The position numbers and the translations under genes were made by a program. Shown here piece after piece: positions 22,262 through 32,805 of a stretch of 64,000 nucleotides of DNA. Positions within the stretch are counted from its first letter, which is position 1, and the number at the start of each line of letters is the position of its first letter. Location: contig JALOPZ010000002.1 of NCBI GenBank assembly GCA_025453605.1, forward strand, positions 292,482 to 356,481, in the 5' to 3' direction. The notes beneath the pieces were generated by a model. It was not told the DNA's origin. It did no database searches and worked only from the letters and a program-made list of their open reading frames with translations. Source of the stretch: Candidatus Margulisiibacteriota bacterium (GTDB lineage: Bacteria > Margulisbacteria > WOR-1 > O2-12-FULL-45-9 > XYB2-FULL-48-7).

Positions 22262-23383
22262 CTAATAGAGCTTTTCCCCGGTCGGCTTGACCCTGATCCC
22301 GAACATGTAGTTGCGGCTCCCCGCGTTGAACAGGTCGTCGCCCTGGACCAGCACGTCCATGAAATCCTGCAGCTCGTGCTCGTAGCCGAGCCGGACCTTC
22401 GGATTGCTCGGCCGCGGGTTATTGAGGTCGTAGATGTCGGCCAGGATGTTCCCCCCCTGCTGCGGATAAAGGATCACCCCTCCGCCGAGCTGGCTGTTGA
22501 TCACACCGAGCCGGAAACCGACGTTGCTGCTCGTCTTGTTGGTCAGCAGGAAGTCGAGGAGCGCGGGGGTCCGGCTCGGCCCCTCACCGAACCCGACCCG
22601 GTAATAGGTCGAGTCGCTCTGGATGATGTCGACGTCGCCGCGGACCGCGTTGGCCTGGGAACCGAAATCAACGCCGCCGGAAGCGCGCATGTTGAGCTTA
22701 CCCGCATTCTCGAAAAAGCGATTGGCCGAGGTGAGGGTCTTGGCGGTCTCGCCGATCGTTCCCTTTACATTGGCCTGGAATTTCGGATCGCCGACGATAT
22801 CCTGGATCCCCTTGTTCGTGGCGCGCAGCTCTTTGGTCAGCTTCTCGATCTCCTGGGCGGTCCGGTCGGTTACCACCACGGCGTTGATGAACGAGCTTTG
22901 CAGCTGCGGATTTTCGATGATCTTGCGGACCGCCTGCAGGATCGCGCGGGTTTCTTCCAGGTTCTTGGAGCCGATATCGACAAAGTCGACGATCGCCGAA
23001 GTGCGGGTGCCGCGTAAAACCTCTCCCCGGGCGTACATCGCCTCGGCGGTGCCCGGCTTGATCTCCAGATATTTCACCCCGACGATGCCGTCGTAAGAGA
23101 CCCGAAGGACCGAATCGTTCGGGATCTTGATGCTTTTATCGACCACCGCGAAGATCTTGATATCGTACGGCCCCGGATCGATCTTCATCACCTTGCCGAT
23201 CTTGGAGCCGCGGAAGCGGACTTCGGAGCCGATGGTCAACCCTTCAATGTCGTTGAACGAGGCGATCACTTCGTACCCCTGGCCGATCATGAAGATCTCG
23301 GTCTTCCAGGCGACGACGGCCGCCAGCAGAGCCAGCCCGAGGATGGTAACGATCCCGACCTTGGCGGCGGTGGATAAACCCAT
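22262..23383 (-). CDS. mlaD: MlaD/MCE-family protein (start set at MGLSTAAK)
   Basis: N-terminal TM helix, GLTIGSEVRFRGSKIGKV MCE motif, helical region, beta-rich C-terminus. Confidence 0.85.
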   Translation of the reverse strand: MGLSTAAKVGIVTILGLALLAAVVAWKTEIFMIGQGYEVIASFNDIEGLTIGSEVRFRGSKIGKVMKIDPGPYDIKIFAVVDKSIKIPNDSVLRVSYDGIVGVKYLEIKPGTAEAMYARGEVLRGTRTSAIVDFVDIGSKNLEETRAILQAVRKIIENPQLQSSFINAVVVTDRTAQEIEKLTKELRATNKGIQDIVGDPKFQANVKGTIGETAKTLTSANRFFENAGKLNMRASGGVDFGSQANAVRGDVDIIQSDSTYYRVGFGEGPSRTPALLDFLLTNKTSSNVGFRLGVINSQLGGGVILYPQQGGNILADIYDLNNPRPSNPKVRLGYEHELQDFMDVLVQGDDLFNAGSRNYMFGIRVKPTGEKLY

Positions 23384-23384
23384 A

Positions 23385-24113
23385 TTAATCGATCCCTCCA
23401 GTAATGAACTTTTTGACGATCGGCACGGTCGACCTGGCCGCTTCGGCCGGCGAACCAAGTTCGATCAGTTTCGCTTCGTTTATCATGACGACCCGGTTGG
23501 CGACCCGCCGGACCGTTTGCATCACGTGGGTGACCAAAACCGAAGTGACTTTCAGCTCGCGGGCCAATTTTACCATCAAATTCTCGATCGTAACAGAGGT
23601 GATCGGATCGAGTCCGGTCGTCGGCTCGTCGTAGAGGATGATCGTCGGGTCAAAAGCGAGCGCCCGGGCGATGCCGACCCGTTTTTGCATCCCGCCGGAG
23701 AGCGCTTCCGGCATCAGTTTTTCTGTCCCCTCCAGCTCGACCAGCTTCAATTTTTCCCCGACGATCCTGGCGATCTGCCGTTCGGGCAATTTGGCGTGTT
23801 CGCGCAGGGCGAACGCCACGTTTTCAAAGACCGAGAGCGAGTCAAAGAGCGCCCCGTACTGGAAGACAAAACCGACCTTTTGCCGGAGGCTGATCAGCCC
23901 TTCCTCGTCCAGCCGGACAATATCCTGGCCGTTGACGCTGACGCTGCCGCCGGTCGGCTCTTCCAGCCTGATCAGCAGCTTGAGCAGGGTGCTCTTACCG
24001 CAGCCGGAGGGGCCGATCACCGCCAGCGATTGGCCGTCGGGGATCTCGAGGTCGACCCCGTCGATCACCTGGTGGTCGCCAAAGCTTTTGCTCAGCTTGT
24101 TTAGTTTGATCAT
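23385..24113 (-). CDS. mlaF: MlaF-type ABC transporter ATPase
   Basis: GPSGCGKS, FQYGALFDS, LSGGMQKRV, YDEPTTGLDP. Confidence 0.9.
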   Translation of the reverse strand: MIKLNKLSKSFGDHQVIDGVDLEIPDGQSLAVIGPSGCGKSTLLKLLIRLEEPTGGSVSVNGQDIVRLDEEGLISLRQKVGFVFQYGALFDSLSVFENVAFALREHAKLPERQIARIVGEKLKLVELEGTEKLMPEALSGGMQKRVGIARALAFDPTIILYDEPTTGLDPITSVTIENLMVKLARELKVTSVLVTHVMQTVRRVANRVVMINEAKLIELGSPAEAARSTVPIVKKFITGGID

Positions 24114-24892
24114 TATTTAAAGAACGCCAGGGAAAGAAAATAGTTGAGCGCGAACAGACTGAGCAGCGAGGTGACGACCGACGAGGTGGTCGCTTCCCCC
24201 ACCCCCTTGGCCCCGCCGGCAGCATTCAACCCCTTGTAGCAGGCGACGACCGCGATCACCATGCCGAAACAAAAAGTCTTGATCAGGCCGCCGAAAATAT
24301 CCCAGAGCTTGAGGAGCGAGCGGGCGGTTTCCAGGTACTCCACCGGGTTGATGTGGCCAACCAGCACGGCGACAAAATAGCCGCCGGTAAAACCGGTGAC
24401 GATCGCGCCGACCGTCAACAGCGGCAGCATCAGCGCGCTGGCGATAAAACGCGGGATGACCAGATAGCGGACCGGGTTGCTCCCCAGCGCTTTGAGCGCG
24501 TCGATCTGCTCGGTTACCTGCATCGTCCCGAGTTCGGCGGCAATGGCGGCGGAAACCCGCGCCGCGATCACGATCCCGACCAGGGCCGGCCCCAGCTCGC
24601 GCGCCATGGCGATCGCCATGACCCCGCCGACATATTTGCCGGCACCGAAGCGGACGAACTCGGTGGCGATCTGCATGGCAAAGACCATGCCGACAAAGCC
24701 GGAAGCGACCAGCGCCAGGGGGATCGACTCGTAGCCGATCTTGACCATCTGCTCCAGCGTCAGCTTGAAGCGGGCTTTGCCCGCCATGATCCCCCGGATC
24801 GTCTCCTGGGCAAGCATGACAACCCGGCCGAGCCCCTCAACCAGAAGGATCGTCTGATCGCCGACGTTTTCAGTGACTTTTCTGTATGGCAT
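24113..24892 (-). CDS. mlaE: MlaE-type ABC transporter permease
   Basis: RELGP, AELGTMQVTEQIDAL, GAKGVGEATT; start uncertain (MPYRK). Confidence 0.92.
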   Translation of the reverse strand: MPYRKVTENVGDQTILLVEGLGRVVMLAQETIRGIMAGKARFKLTLEQMVKIGYESIPLALVASGFVGMVFAMQIATEFVRFGAGKYVGGVMAIAMARELGPALVGIVIAARVSAAIAAELGTMQVTEQIDALKALGSNPVRYLVIPRFIASALMLPLLTVGAIVTGFTGGYFVAVLVGHINPVEYLETARSLLKLWDIFGGLIKTFCFGMVIAVVACYKGLNAAGGAKGVGEATTSSVVTSLLSLFALNYFLSLAFFK

Positions 24893-25646
24893 AACCGATC
24901 TGTTCAATGATGTCCGACGCGATCAGCGCCGGTTCGCCGATCCGGCGGGCGGCCAGATCGCCGGCCCGACCGTGTAAATTAACACCGGTGACCGCCGCGT
25001 TCCAGGCCGGTAATCCCTGCCCGGCTAAGCTGGCGATCATCCCGGTCAGAACGTCACCCGCTCCGGCAGTGGCCATCCCGGGGTTCCCGGACTTATTGAT
25101 GACGACTTTCCCCTCCGGTTCGGCGATCACGGTCTGGTGTCCTTTAAGGACGACGACCGCGCCGAATTTTAACGCCGCCTGCAGGGCGATCCCGCGGCGG
25201 TTAGCCTGCACCGCCTCAACGGTCAGACCGAGCAAAGCGGCCATTTCGCCGGGATGCGGCGTGATTATAGCCCGGCCGGCGAAAGCCTTGAGCTGAGGCA
25301 GGGCGGTCGCGTCTATGACGATAGCGGCAGGCGGCAGAGTGAATTGCTGAATTATCTCATTAACATCTAATTTCTGGTCGATCCCCGGACCGATGGCGAC
25401 TGCATCCGGCGTTACTTTATTAACATCCCGCAGAGAAACAACGATCACTTCTGGGGTGATGGTGTTGGCGTAATTGACGAGATCGTCGGGGACAGCCCAG
25501 TAGACGAGCCCGGAACCGGTCCGGAGCGCGGCGCGCGTTGCCAGCACCCCCGCCCCCAACATCCCGCGCGAACCGGCCACGATCAGGACCTTGCCGTAAT
25601 CACCCTTGTGGCTCGCCTTTTTTCTGGCCGGCAATGACCGTTTCAT
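24870..25646 (-). CDS. nnrD: NAD(P)H-hydrate dehydratase (NnrD, no epimerase domain)
   Basis: HKGDYGKVLIVAGS, AIGPG, ITPHPGEM, MATAGAGDVLTG. Confidence 0.92.
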   Translation of the reverse strand: MKRSLPARKKASHKGDYGKVLIVAGSRGMLGAGVLATRAALRTGSGLVYWAVPDDLVNYANTITPEVIVVSLRDVNKVTPDAVAIGPGIDQKLDVNEIIQQFTLPPAAIVIDATALPQLKAFAGRAIITPHPGEMAALLGLTVEAVQANRRGIALQAALKFGAVVVLKGHQTVIAEPEGKVVINKSGNPGMATAGAGDVLTGMIASLAGQGLPAWNAAVTGVNLHGRAGDLAARRIGEPALIASDIIEQIGYAIQKSH

Positions 25647-25996
25647 TGTTCGAGCACCACCATGGCGATCGCCTGTTCGCGGCTGTGCGAGAGCGAGACG
25701 TGGACCTTCTTGTTGACCTTCCCTTTGAGGGCGATCAGCGGTTTACCCGATTTATTGTTGACCACCTCAATGTCCCGCCAGGAGACCTTGCCGATCCCGG
25801 TCCCCAGCGCCTTGGCGTACGCCTCTTTGGCGGCAAAACGGACCGCCAGCTCGGGAAAACGATAGCTTTTCAGCATCTGACAATAGAGGATCTCGCTCGA
25901 GGTGTAGACTTTTTGGAGAAAACTTTTGCCGTATTTCTGGACCGCTTTTTTGATCCGCTCGATCTCAACGATGTCGACGCCGACGCCGCTGATCAT
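25643..25996 (-). CDS. acpS: Holo-ACP synthase
   Basis: GVGVDIVEIERI, RFAAKEAYAKALGTG, VSLSH. Confidence 0.96.
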   Translation of the reverse strand: MISGVGVDIVEIERIKKAVQKYGKSFLQKVYTSSEILYCQMLKSYRFPELAVRFAAKEAYAKALGTGIGKVSWRDIEVVNNKSGKPLIALKGKVNKKVHVSLSHSREQAIAMVVLEQ

Positions 25997-26910
25997 CAGT
26001 AGACCGGCGTGACCCAGTCGGCGTACCGGGGGTTGTCGCCCCGCGCCGCGGCAAAATAGAGGCTTTGCAGCTGCATTGTCAGGGCGCCCGGCCGGCCGTT
26101 GCCGACGCGCTTGCCGTCGACCTCGACGATCGGGGAGATCTGGGCGCCGGTCCCGCAGAAGAACAATTCATCGGCCGTGTAGAGCTCATCCTGCTTGATC
26201 GGCCGCTCCTCCGTTTTAACCCCCAGCTCTTTGGCCGCCAGCGTCATGACGCAGACGCGGGTGATGCCGGGGAGGATCGTCTCTGAGAGCGGCGGCGTGA
26301 TCAGTTGGCCGTCCTTGACCAGGAAGAGATTTTCCCCCGACCCTTCGGCGACCGTTTTAGCGTGCGATAATAAGATCGCCTCATCGTACCCTTTTTCCAG
26401 CGCTTCAGCCTTGGCCAGCGAGGAGTTGAAATAAGCCCCGTTGATCTTGGCCCCCTGCGGTGCGGACTTTTCGGAGATCCGCCACCATTTGGAGACACAG
26501 ACGCGGATCCCCTTGCTGATATCCAGATAAGCGCCGAACGGCGCGACGAACATGCAGAAATCCTCTTCGATGCCGGTCAGCCCGAGGCCGATCTTTTCCT
26601 GCGACTTGTAATAGATCGGGCGCAGGTAGATGTCTTCGCGGTAATCGTTCTGGCGGCAGAGCTCCAACGTGATCTTTTCCAGCTCCGACAGCGAGTACTT
26701 GACCGAAGAATGCAGCGCCAGCTTGGTCGAGCTCTCCAGCCGTTCGTAATGCGCCCGCAGCTTGACGATGAACATGTTGTTCTTTTCGGCGTTCCAGTAC
26801 CCGCGGATCCCTTCGAACACCCCGGTCCCGTAGTTAAAAGCGTGGGTCATGATCCCGATCTTCGCCTCGCCGAACGGAACGATCTTCCCTTTAAAGAACG
26901 CGTACTTCAT
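25996..26910 (-). CDS. ilvE: Branched-chain amino acid aminotransferase
   Basis: HAFNYGTGVFEGIR, AKINGAY, EGSGENLF, LPGITR, FFCGT. Confidence 0.94.
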   Translation of the reverse strand: MKYAFFKGKIVPFGEAKIGIMTHAFNYGTGVFEGIRGYWNAEKNNMFIVKLRAHYERLESSTKLALHSSVKYSLSELEKITLELCRQNDYREDIYLRPIYYKSQEKIGLGLTGIEEDFCMFVAPFGAYLDISKGIRVCVSKWWRISEKSAPQGAKINGAYFNSSLAKAEALEKGYDEAILLSHAKTVAEGSGENLFLVKDGQLITPPLSETILPGITRVCVMTLAAKELGVKTEERPIKQDELYTADELFFCGTGAQISPIVEVDGKRVGNGRPGALTMQLQSLYFAAARGDNPRYADWVTPVY

Positions 26911-28446
26911 TTACATGGCCTCCGGTGCTTTGATACCCAGCAATTCTAACACATTCCGCAGAGTGATTCGAGAAGCGTCGACCAGGAGGAGACGGGCCGG
27001 ATTGCCGATCACCCGGCATTTTTCGTAAAAGTGGTGGAAGACGGTCGCCAGCTCCTTGCCGTACTCGGTTACTTTGTGAGGCTGCCGGAGCCGCGCCGCG
27101 CCGTTGACCACGTCCGGCCACGCCAGCAGCTTGAGCATCAGTTCCCGCTCCGCCGGCTCGTTCAGTGACGACAGATCGTCCCTCGTCCTTCGTCCTTCGT
27201 CCCCAGCCTTCTTGAGGATACTGCAGATCCTGGCGTGAGCGTACTGCACATAAAAGACCGGATTGTCATTGCTCTGTTTCTTGGCCAGCTCGAGATCGAA
27301 ATCGAGATGCGAGTTGACGTCGGACGCGGCAAAAAAGAAACGGGTCGCGTCCGGGCCGATCTCGTCGAGGACCTCCTGCAGGGTGACCATTTCGCCGGTC
27401 CGCTTGGACATCCGGACCGGTTCGTTCCCCCGGTAGAGGGTGACCAGCTGGCCGATGATGATCTCCAGTTTCTCCGGCGGCAGACCCATGGCTTCGACCG
27501 CCGCTTTGACCCGCTTGACGTAACCGTGGTGGTCGGTCCCCCAGATATCGATCAGGCGGTCAAAACCGCGGGCGTATTTGTCCAGGTGGTAAGCCAGATC
27601 GGCGGCAAAGTAGGTCGGCGACCCGTCCGCGCGGACCAAGACCCGGTTCTTGTCGTCCCCCATCTCCTCCGATTTGAACCAGACCGCGCCCTCTTCCACG
27701 ATAGTCTTGCCGTTCTTTTCCAGCCGGCTGATCGCTTCTTTAACCTCGCCTTTGGCGTGCAGGTCGCTCTCATTAAAGAAGCGGGTAAACTCGACGCCGA
27801 GCTGTTTTAAGGTCGCCTGTTGCTCGCTGAGGATCGAAGCCAGGCACTCCTCTTTAGAGTTGCCTTTGACCTCCTTGATGTAAGCGCCGCCGTAGCCGTT
27901 TTCCGGCACCGGTTGACCGGCGCGGGCGGCCTGGACCGAAGCCCACAGTTTATCGACCTGGTTACCGATATTATTGACGTAGAATTCGGTCTCGACCGCG
28001 TAACCGGCCGTCCGGAGGAGGCGGGCGATGGCGTCACCGACGACCGCCCAGCGGCCGTGGCCGACATGGAGAGGCCCGGTCGGGTTCGCGGAAACGAACT
28101 CCAGTAGAATTCGTCCTTCGTCCTTCGTCCCTCGTCCCCACTCCTTGTCCTGGGCGATGATCCCCGCGACGCTCTGCTGAATGAACTTCTCGTTAAGGAA
28201 AAAATTAAGGAAGCCGGGTTTAGCGACCTCGACGCGGTCGAACATATCGGAGCGGACGCGGGCGGCCAGTTCGGCGGCCAGTTCGAGCGGTTGGCGGGAA
28301 AGCTTGCGGGCCGAAACGATCGCCGCGTTCGTAGCGTAATCGCCCAGCTCCCGCCGGGGGGAGAGATCGATCTTAACCCCTTTTAGGTCAGTGACGCCCA
28401 GCTCGCTCAGTGCGGCAGCGACCAGCGCTTCTAGTCTTTGCAGCAA
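26911..28446 (-). CDS. argS: Arginine--tRNA ligase (probable TTG start at 28446)
   Basis: EFVSANPTGPLHVGHGR, TYFAADLAYH, MSKRTG, NPVFYVQYAHARICS. Confidence 0.96.
   Translation of the reverse strand: MLQRLEALVAAALSELGVTDLKGVKIDLSPRRELGDYATNAAIVSARKLSRQPLELAAELAARVRSDMFDRVEVAKPGFLNFFLNEKFIQQSVAGIIAQDKEWGRGTKDEGRILLEFVSANPTGPLHVGHGRWAVVGDAIARLLRTAGYAVETEFYVNNIGNQVDKLWASVQAARAGQPVPENGYGGAYIKEVKGNSKEECLASILSEQQATLKQLGVEFTRFFNESDLHAKGEVKEAISRLEKNGKTIVEEGAVWFKSEEMGDDKNRVLVRADGSPTYFAADLAYHLDKYARGFDRLIDIWGTDHHGYVKRVKAAVEAMGLPPEKLEIIIGQLVTLYRGNEPVRMSKRTGEMVTLQEVLDEIGPDATRFFFAASDVNSHLDFDLELAKKQSNDNPVFYVQYAHARICSILKKAGDEGRRTRDDLSSLNEPAERELMLKLLAWPDVVNGAARLRQPHKVTEYGKELATVFHHFYEKCRVIGNPARLLLVDASRITLRNVLELLGIKAPEAM
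27175..27202. repeat. Heptamer tandem repeat (YTCGTCC)x4 inside argS
   Basis: atcgtcc ctcgtcc ttcgtcc ttcgtcc; encodes GDEGRRTRDD. Confidence 0.8.
28110..28137. repeat. Heptamer tandem repeat (YTCGTCC)x4 inside argS
   Basis: ttcgtcc ttcgtcc ttcgtcc ctcgtcc; encodes GRGTKDEGR. Confidence 0.82.
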
Positions 28447-28640
28447 TCGGGATCTCCGCCGCAACAGCTGCCGCCCATCTTATCCTTCAGCTCGGTAAAC
28501 TTGACCTTCCCCTTCTCGACCGCGTCCTGCAGCTGCTTGCGCGAATCTTCCCCTTTTTGCGGGGCAAAAAGCAGGCCGGCGACAAAGCCGAGCGCGCCAC
28601 CCACCGTCAGTGTTTTAACAAAATTACCTAATTTACCCAT
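28431..28640 (-). CDS. YtxH-like protein with Cys-rich tail
   Basis: GGALGFVAGLLFAPQKGEDSRKQL is the YtxH signature; ends SCCGGDPDCCKD; AAGGAGG RBS. Confidence 0.8.
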   Translation of the reverse strand: MGKLGNFVKTLTVGGALGFVAGLLFAPQKGEDSRKQLQDAVEKGKVKFTELKDKMGGSCCGGDPDCCKD

Positions 28641-28653
28641 GTTCGTTCCCTCC

Positions 28654-28869
28654 TTATTTCTTGAACAGTAATTCGACACCCTTTTTGACCGCGAGCGCCA
28701 CCGTCCCGACCACCGAACCGGTCAGGAACATGACTTTCTCCTTGACCTCGTGCGTCATCTTGCGAACGTCGACCAGGATCATGATCAACTGGACCGCGCC
28801 GACGACGAGCGCGATCACCAACAGGATCGTACAGAAGATCAGCAGATTGATCAGATAAGTCTGGACCAT
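28654..28869 (-). CDS. Small membrane protein (DUF948/YoxC-like, tentative)
   Basis: Long hydrophobic N-terminal helix, AGGAGG RBS, directly upstream of the YtxH-like gene. Confidence 0.6.
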   Translation of the reverse strand: MVQTYLINLLIFCTILLVIALVVGAVQLIMILVDVRKMTHEVKEKVMFLTGSVVGTVALAVKKGVELLFKK

Positions 28870-28880
28870 TATGGCGCCTC

Positions 28881-29744
28881 CTATTTTGCCTTGGGATAGG
28901 AACCGAGCAGCTTAAGCCGCGAAGCCTTGCGTTTGATCTCCTGCAGCGCGTCAGCGATGGTCCGGTCGGCCCGGTGACCTTCCAGATCGGCAAAGAAGTA
29001 GTAGTCGCCGAGCGCCTTCTTGGACGGCCGCGACTCGATCTTGGTCAGGTTGATGTTCCGGACGGCGAATTCGCTCAGGACGTCGTGCAGGCCGCCCGGC
29101 CGGTCCTTGGCGATCGTGAAGACGATCGAGGTCTTATCGTGGCCGGTCCGCGGGTGGTCTTTTTTGGCCAGGACGACGAACCGGGTCTTGTTGTCGGGCG
29201 CGTTGATCTTGACCGAGACGATCCGTAAACCGTAGAGCTTGGCCGAGGCGGCAGTGCCGATCGCGGCAAAGACGCTCCCCTTGACCCGGCCGTGAGCGAT
29301 GACCTTTTCGCCGAGCGAGGTCGCCACCTGCCGGACGGCGTCGGACGTGCTGTAAGCCAGGTGGAGTTTCGCTCCCGGCAGCTGTTTGCGCAGGAAGTCC
29401 TTGCACTGGTCGAGGACCTGGGGGTTGGAGATGATATCGGTGATCTCGCGCAGGCCGATCCCCTTCTGGACGATCAGGTAATGGTAGATCGGAATGACCA
29501 ATTCCTGCTTGATCATTAAGTTGACATCTTTGACCAGCATATCGGTCACCAGGCCGATCGTCCCTTCGATCGAATTCTCGATCGGCACGATCGCCTCGTT
29601 GATCCGCCCGCGGTCGACGGCGAACAGGACGTCGTGGATGGTGGTGAACGGCTCCAGCTGGGCCTTACCTTCCAGTTTTTTCAGATAAAGTTGGCAGGCC
29701 TCTTCGCTATTGGTCCCTTCAGGACCGAGATATCCCACTTTCAT
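28881..29744 (-). CDS. pheA: Prephenate dehydratase with ACT domain
   Basis: [39 protein letters not shown]. Confidence 0.95.
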   Translation of the reverse strand: MKVGYLGPEGTNSEEACQLYLKKLEGKAQLEPFTTIHDVLFAVDRGRINEAIVPIENSIEGTIGLVTDMLVKDVNLMIKQELVIPIYHYLIVQKGIGLREITDIISNPQVLDQCKDFLRKQLPGAKLHLAYSTSDAVRQVATSLGEKVIAHGRVKGSVFAAIGTAASAKLYGLRIVSVKINAPDNKTRFVVLAKKDHPRTGHDKTSIVFTIAKDRPGGLHDVLSEFAVRNINLTKIESRPSKKALGDYYFFADLEGHRADRTIADALQEIKRKASRLKLLGSYPKAK

Positions 29745-30180
29745 ACTTGACTACCTCCAGAGCGGATTCCTTGAGCATCTCCTGGGCCAGTTCGTCCGGG
29801 TAGCCGCCGGTGTAAACCAGGCGAACGATCCCGGCGTTGATCATCATTTTAACACAGATCACGCACGGCTGAAAGTTGCAGTACATCGTACCGCCCTCGA
29901 TCCTGACCCCGTGCCAGGCGGCCTGAATGATCGCGTTCTGCTCGGCGTGCAGGCCGCGGCACAGTTCATGGCGCTGGCCGGAGGGAACGTTCATCTGTTT
30001 GCGGATGCAGGTCTGTTCCGTGCAGTGGGCAAAGCCTTTGGGCGCGCCGTTGTAGCCGCTGGCCAGGATCCGGTGGTCCTTGACGATGATCGCGCCGACC
30101 CGCCGTTTGACGCAGGTCGCCCGTTCGGCCACATCGGCGGTGATCTTCAGGAAGTAGTCGTCCCAGGAGGGGCGTTTCAT
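29719..30180 (-). CDS. dCMP deaminase (ComEB-like)
   Basis: [25 protein letters not shown]. Confidence 0.93.
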   Translation of the reverse strand: MKRPSWDDYFLKITADVAERATCVKRRVGAIIVKDHRILASGYNGAPKGFAHCTEQTCIRKQMNVPSGQRHELCRGLHAEQNAIIQAAWHGVRIEGGTMYCNFQPCVICVKMMINAGIVRLVYTGGYPDELAQEMLKESALEVVKYESGISRS

Positions 30181-31118
30181 TTTTTCCTTTTAACGACCGC
30201 GGTAACGGCGGCGGCGATGCTCTCCGGCGTCAGGTCGTACTTGGCCAGCAACTCGTCCGGGGTCCCCGATTCGCCGAAAACGTCGTGCAGGCCGACGCGG
30301 AGCATCGGGACGACGGCGTTCTCCACTAGCGTCTCGGCCACCGCCCCGCCCAACCCGCCGAGGATCGAATGCTCTTCGGCGGTCACAATGGCGCCGGTCT
30401 CCTCGGCGCAGCGGACGATCAGCTCCTGGTCGAGCGGTTTGATCGTGTGCAGATCGACCACCCGGACGCTCAGGCCGGTTCTTTCCAGGAGCGCGGCCGC
30501 CTCCAGCGCTTTGCCGACCATCAGGCCGCAGGCGATCACGGTGGCGTCCCTGCCGTCGCGCAGGACCGCTCCTTGACCGATCTTGAAGTCGTAATTGATC
30601 CCCTCGGTCACGACCGGGACCTTGGGCCGGCTCAAGCGGATGTACATCGGACCGTAATGAGCAACCGCGGCCCGGATCACCTTTTCGGTCTCCAGCGCGT
30701 CGGCCGGGACGACGACGGTCATGTTCGGCAAAGCCCGCATAATAGCGATGTCCTCGTTGGCCTGATGCGACGCTCCGTCCTCACCGGTCGTGATCCCGGC
30801 GTGGGTGGCGGCGATCTTGACGTTGAGCCGGGTGTAAGCGACCGACATCCGGATCTGGTCCCAGGCGCGGCCGGTGGCAAAGACAGCGAAAGTCGAGGCA
30901 AAAGCGATCTTGCCGGCGGCCGCCAGGCCGGCGGCCGTACCGATCATATCCTGTTCCGCTATCCCCATATCAAAGAAGCGGTCGGGAAAAGCTTTGGCAA
31001 AAATGCAGGTCTTGGTCGAAACGGAGAGGTCGGCATCCAGGACAACGATGTTCGGATTCTCTTTGCCCAGTTCGGCCAGGACCCGGCCGTAGGCGTCGCG
31101 GGTCGCTTCGCTTCTCAT
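30177..31118 (-). CDS. Transketolase, C-terminal subunit
   Basis: [38 protein letters not shown]. Confidence 0.92.
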   Translation of the reverse strand: MRSEATRDAYGRVLAELGKENPNIVVLDADLSVSTKTCIFAKAFPDRFFDMGIAEQDMIGTAAGLAAAGKIAFASTFAVFATGRAWDQIRMSVAYTRLNVKIAATHAGITTGEDGASHQANEDIAIMRALPNMTVVVPADALETEKVIRAAVAHYGPMYIRLSRPKVPVVTEGINYDFKIGQGAVLRDGRDATVIACGLMVGKALEAAALLERTGLSVRVVDLHTIKPLDQELIVRCAEETGAIVTAEEHSILGGLGGAVAETLVENAVVPMLRVGLHDVFGESGTPDELLAKYDLTPESIAAAVTAVVKRKK

Positions 31119-31948
31119 TGGCCCGGCCCCGGTAAACGGCAAAGCTCGCCCAGCGCCCTTTTCTCCTCTTCAGCCGACGGAGCCTTACCGTGGTAATCGA
31201 GCGGGTTCGCTTCCATGAAACTGACCCCTTTCCCTTTGATCGTATCGGCAATGATCACGGACGGTTTGCCCTTGGTCTTGCCCGCCTTATCGAGCGCGCT
31301 GATCAGCGCTTTAAAGTCGTGCCCGTTGCAGGTCAGGACGTTCCAACCGAACGCCCGCCATTTATCGGCGAACGGCCGGGGGTCTTTGATGTCCTCGAGG
31401 CAGCCGTCGATCTGGAACTTGTTGTGGTCAACGATCGCCGTCAGATTGTCCAGCTTGTAATGAGCCGCGGTCATGGCCGCTTCCCAAACTTGCCCTTCCT
31501 GGCATTCACCGTCGCCCAGGAGGCAATAAACGCGCCAGCTCTTCCGGTCGAGCCGGGCCGCTAAAGCCATCCCGTTGGCGGTTGAGAGCCCCTGCCCGAG
31601 CGAACCGGTCGACATCTCGATCCCGGGGACCGAGAGCATATCGATGTGGCCCTGCAGAGCGCTGTCGACCCGCCGTAAAGTTTTCAGGTAGTCGACCGGG
31701 AAATAGCCTGTTTCCGCCAGGGCCGCGTATAGGACCGGAGCGGCGTGCCCCTTGCTCATGACAAAGCGGTCGCGCTCGGGCCAGTTCGGTTCCTGGGGGC
31801 GATGGTTCAACTGGTGGAAATAAAGGACGGCGATAATATCGGCCGCCGAAAGCGAGCCGCCGGGGTGGCCCGAGGAAGCGGCGCAGGTCATCTGGATGAT
31901 GTGCTGCCGCAGCTTGTTGGCGCGGGCCGCCAGATCAGTAACGTTCAT
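31115..31948 (-). CDS. Transketolase, N-terminal (TPP-binding) subunit
   Basis: SGHPGGSLS, DRFVMSKGH, TGSLGQG, GDGECQEG. Confidence 0.94.
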   Translation of the reverse strand: MNVTDLAARANKLRQHIIQMTCAASSGHPGGSLSAADIIAVLYFHQLNHRPQEPNWPERDRFVMSKGHAAPVLYAALAETGYFPVDYLKTLRRVDSALQGHIDMLSVPGIEMSTGSLGQGLSTANGMALAARLDRKSWRVYCLLGDGECQEGQVWEAAMTAAHYKLDNLTAIVDHNKFQIDGCLEDIKDPRPFADKWRAFGWNVLTCNGHDFKALISALDKAGKTKGKPSVIIADTIKGKGVSFMEANPLDYHGKAPSAEEEKRALGELCRLPGPGQ

Positions 31949-32805
31949 TGATCCGATTTTACCATGATCTTGATTTCCGGCTCAAGCTTCATTTTTGCCC
32001 GGCCCAGCATCTTGGTCATTAACCGCAGAACATCGCCGGCTTTGGCTTCGCCCAGGTTAACGATGAAATTTGCATGTTTAGGGGAAACCTGGGCGTCGCC
32101 GACCCGCAAGCCCTTGCAACCGGCCGCCTCCAGGATCTGCCCGGCAAACCGGCCGGGCGGATTCTTAAAGATCGAGCCGGCATTGGGACTGCCGAGCGGC
32201 TGCTTGGCCCGGCGCTCTTTCAGGTAACGGTCGATTCGGGCCTTGATCGCCGACCGGCTCCCTCGACGCAAACGGAAAACCGCTTCGACCAGAAAGTAAT
32301 TCCCTTTTTGCAGAAGGCTGCGCCGGTACCCAAAACGGAGCTGGCCCGGTTTGAGCACCTTGATCTTGCCGGCCCGGTCCATGACCGTGACCCGGAGAAG
32401 ATAACGGCCGATCTCTTTCCCCCAGGCGCCGGCGTTCATGACCACCGCCCCGCCGACGGTCCCCGGGATCCCGGCCAGGAACTCCAGTCCCGTCAATCCC
32501 TCATTGCCGGCCCTGGCAACCAGCGTCGGCAGGAGCACCCCGGCCCCGGCGTGGATTACCCGGTTCCGGAGCGAGAGCGACCTTAAACCGCCGGCAAATT
32601 TGATCACCAGGCCGCGAAAACCGCGGTCGAGCGCCAGGAGATTGGTCCCGGCCCCGAGCACCGCCACGGCGAGCTTATTGTCCCGCGCGAAAGCTACGGC
32701 CGCCTGCAGATCGGCCAGGTTTTGCGGCACGCAGAAATAATCGGCCGGACCGCCGATCCGGAAAGAGGTATGTTTTTTAAGCGGTTCCCGCCGGATGATC
32801 TTCAT
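31945..32805 (-). CDS. murB: UDP-N-acetylmuramate dehydrogenase
   Basis: HTSFRIGGPA, GIPGTVGGAVVMNAGA, GSIFKNP, KHANFIVN. Confidence 0.96.
   Translation of the reverse strand: MKIIRREPLKKHTSFRIGGPADYFCVPQNLADLQAAVAFARDNKLAVAVLGAGTNLLALDRGFRGLVIKFAGGLRSLSLRNRVIHAGAGVLLPTLVARAGNEGLTGLEFLAGIPGTVGGAVVMNAGAWGKEIGRYLLRVTVMDRAGKIKVLKPGQLRFGYRRSLLQKGNYFLVEAVFRLRRGSRSAIKARIDRYLKERRAKQPLGSPNAGSIFKNPPGRFAGQILEAAGCKGLRVGDAQVSPKHANFIVNLGEAKAGDVLRLMTKMLGRAKMKLEPEIKIMVKSDQ

Noticed and set aside
29270-29325. Extra segment [16 protein letters not shown] in PheA as another repeat insertion
   Set aside because: There is no 7-nt periodicity or palindrome in the DNA; it is probably an ordinary loop extension.
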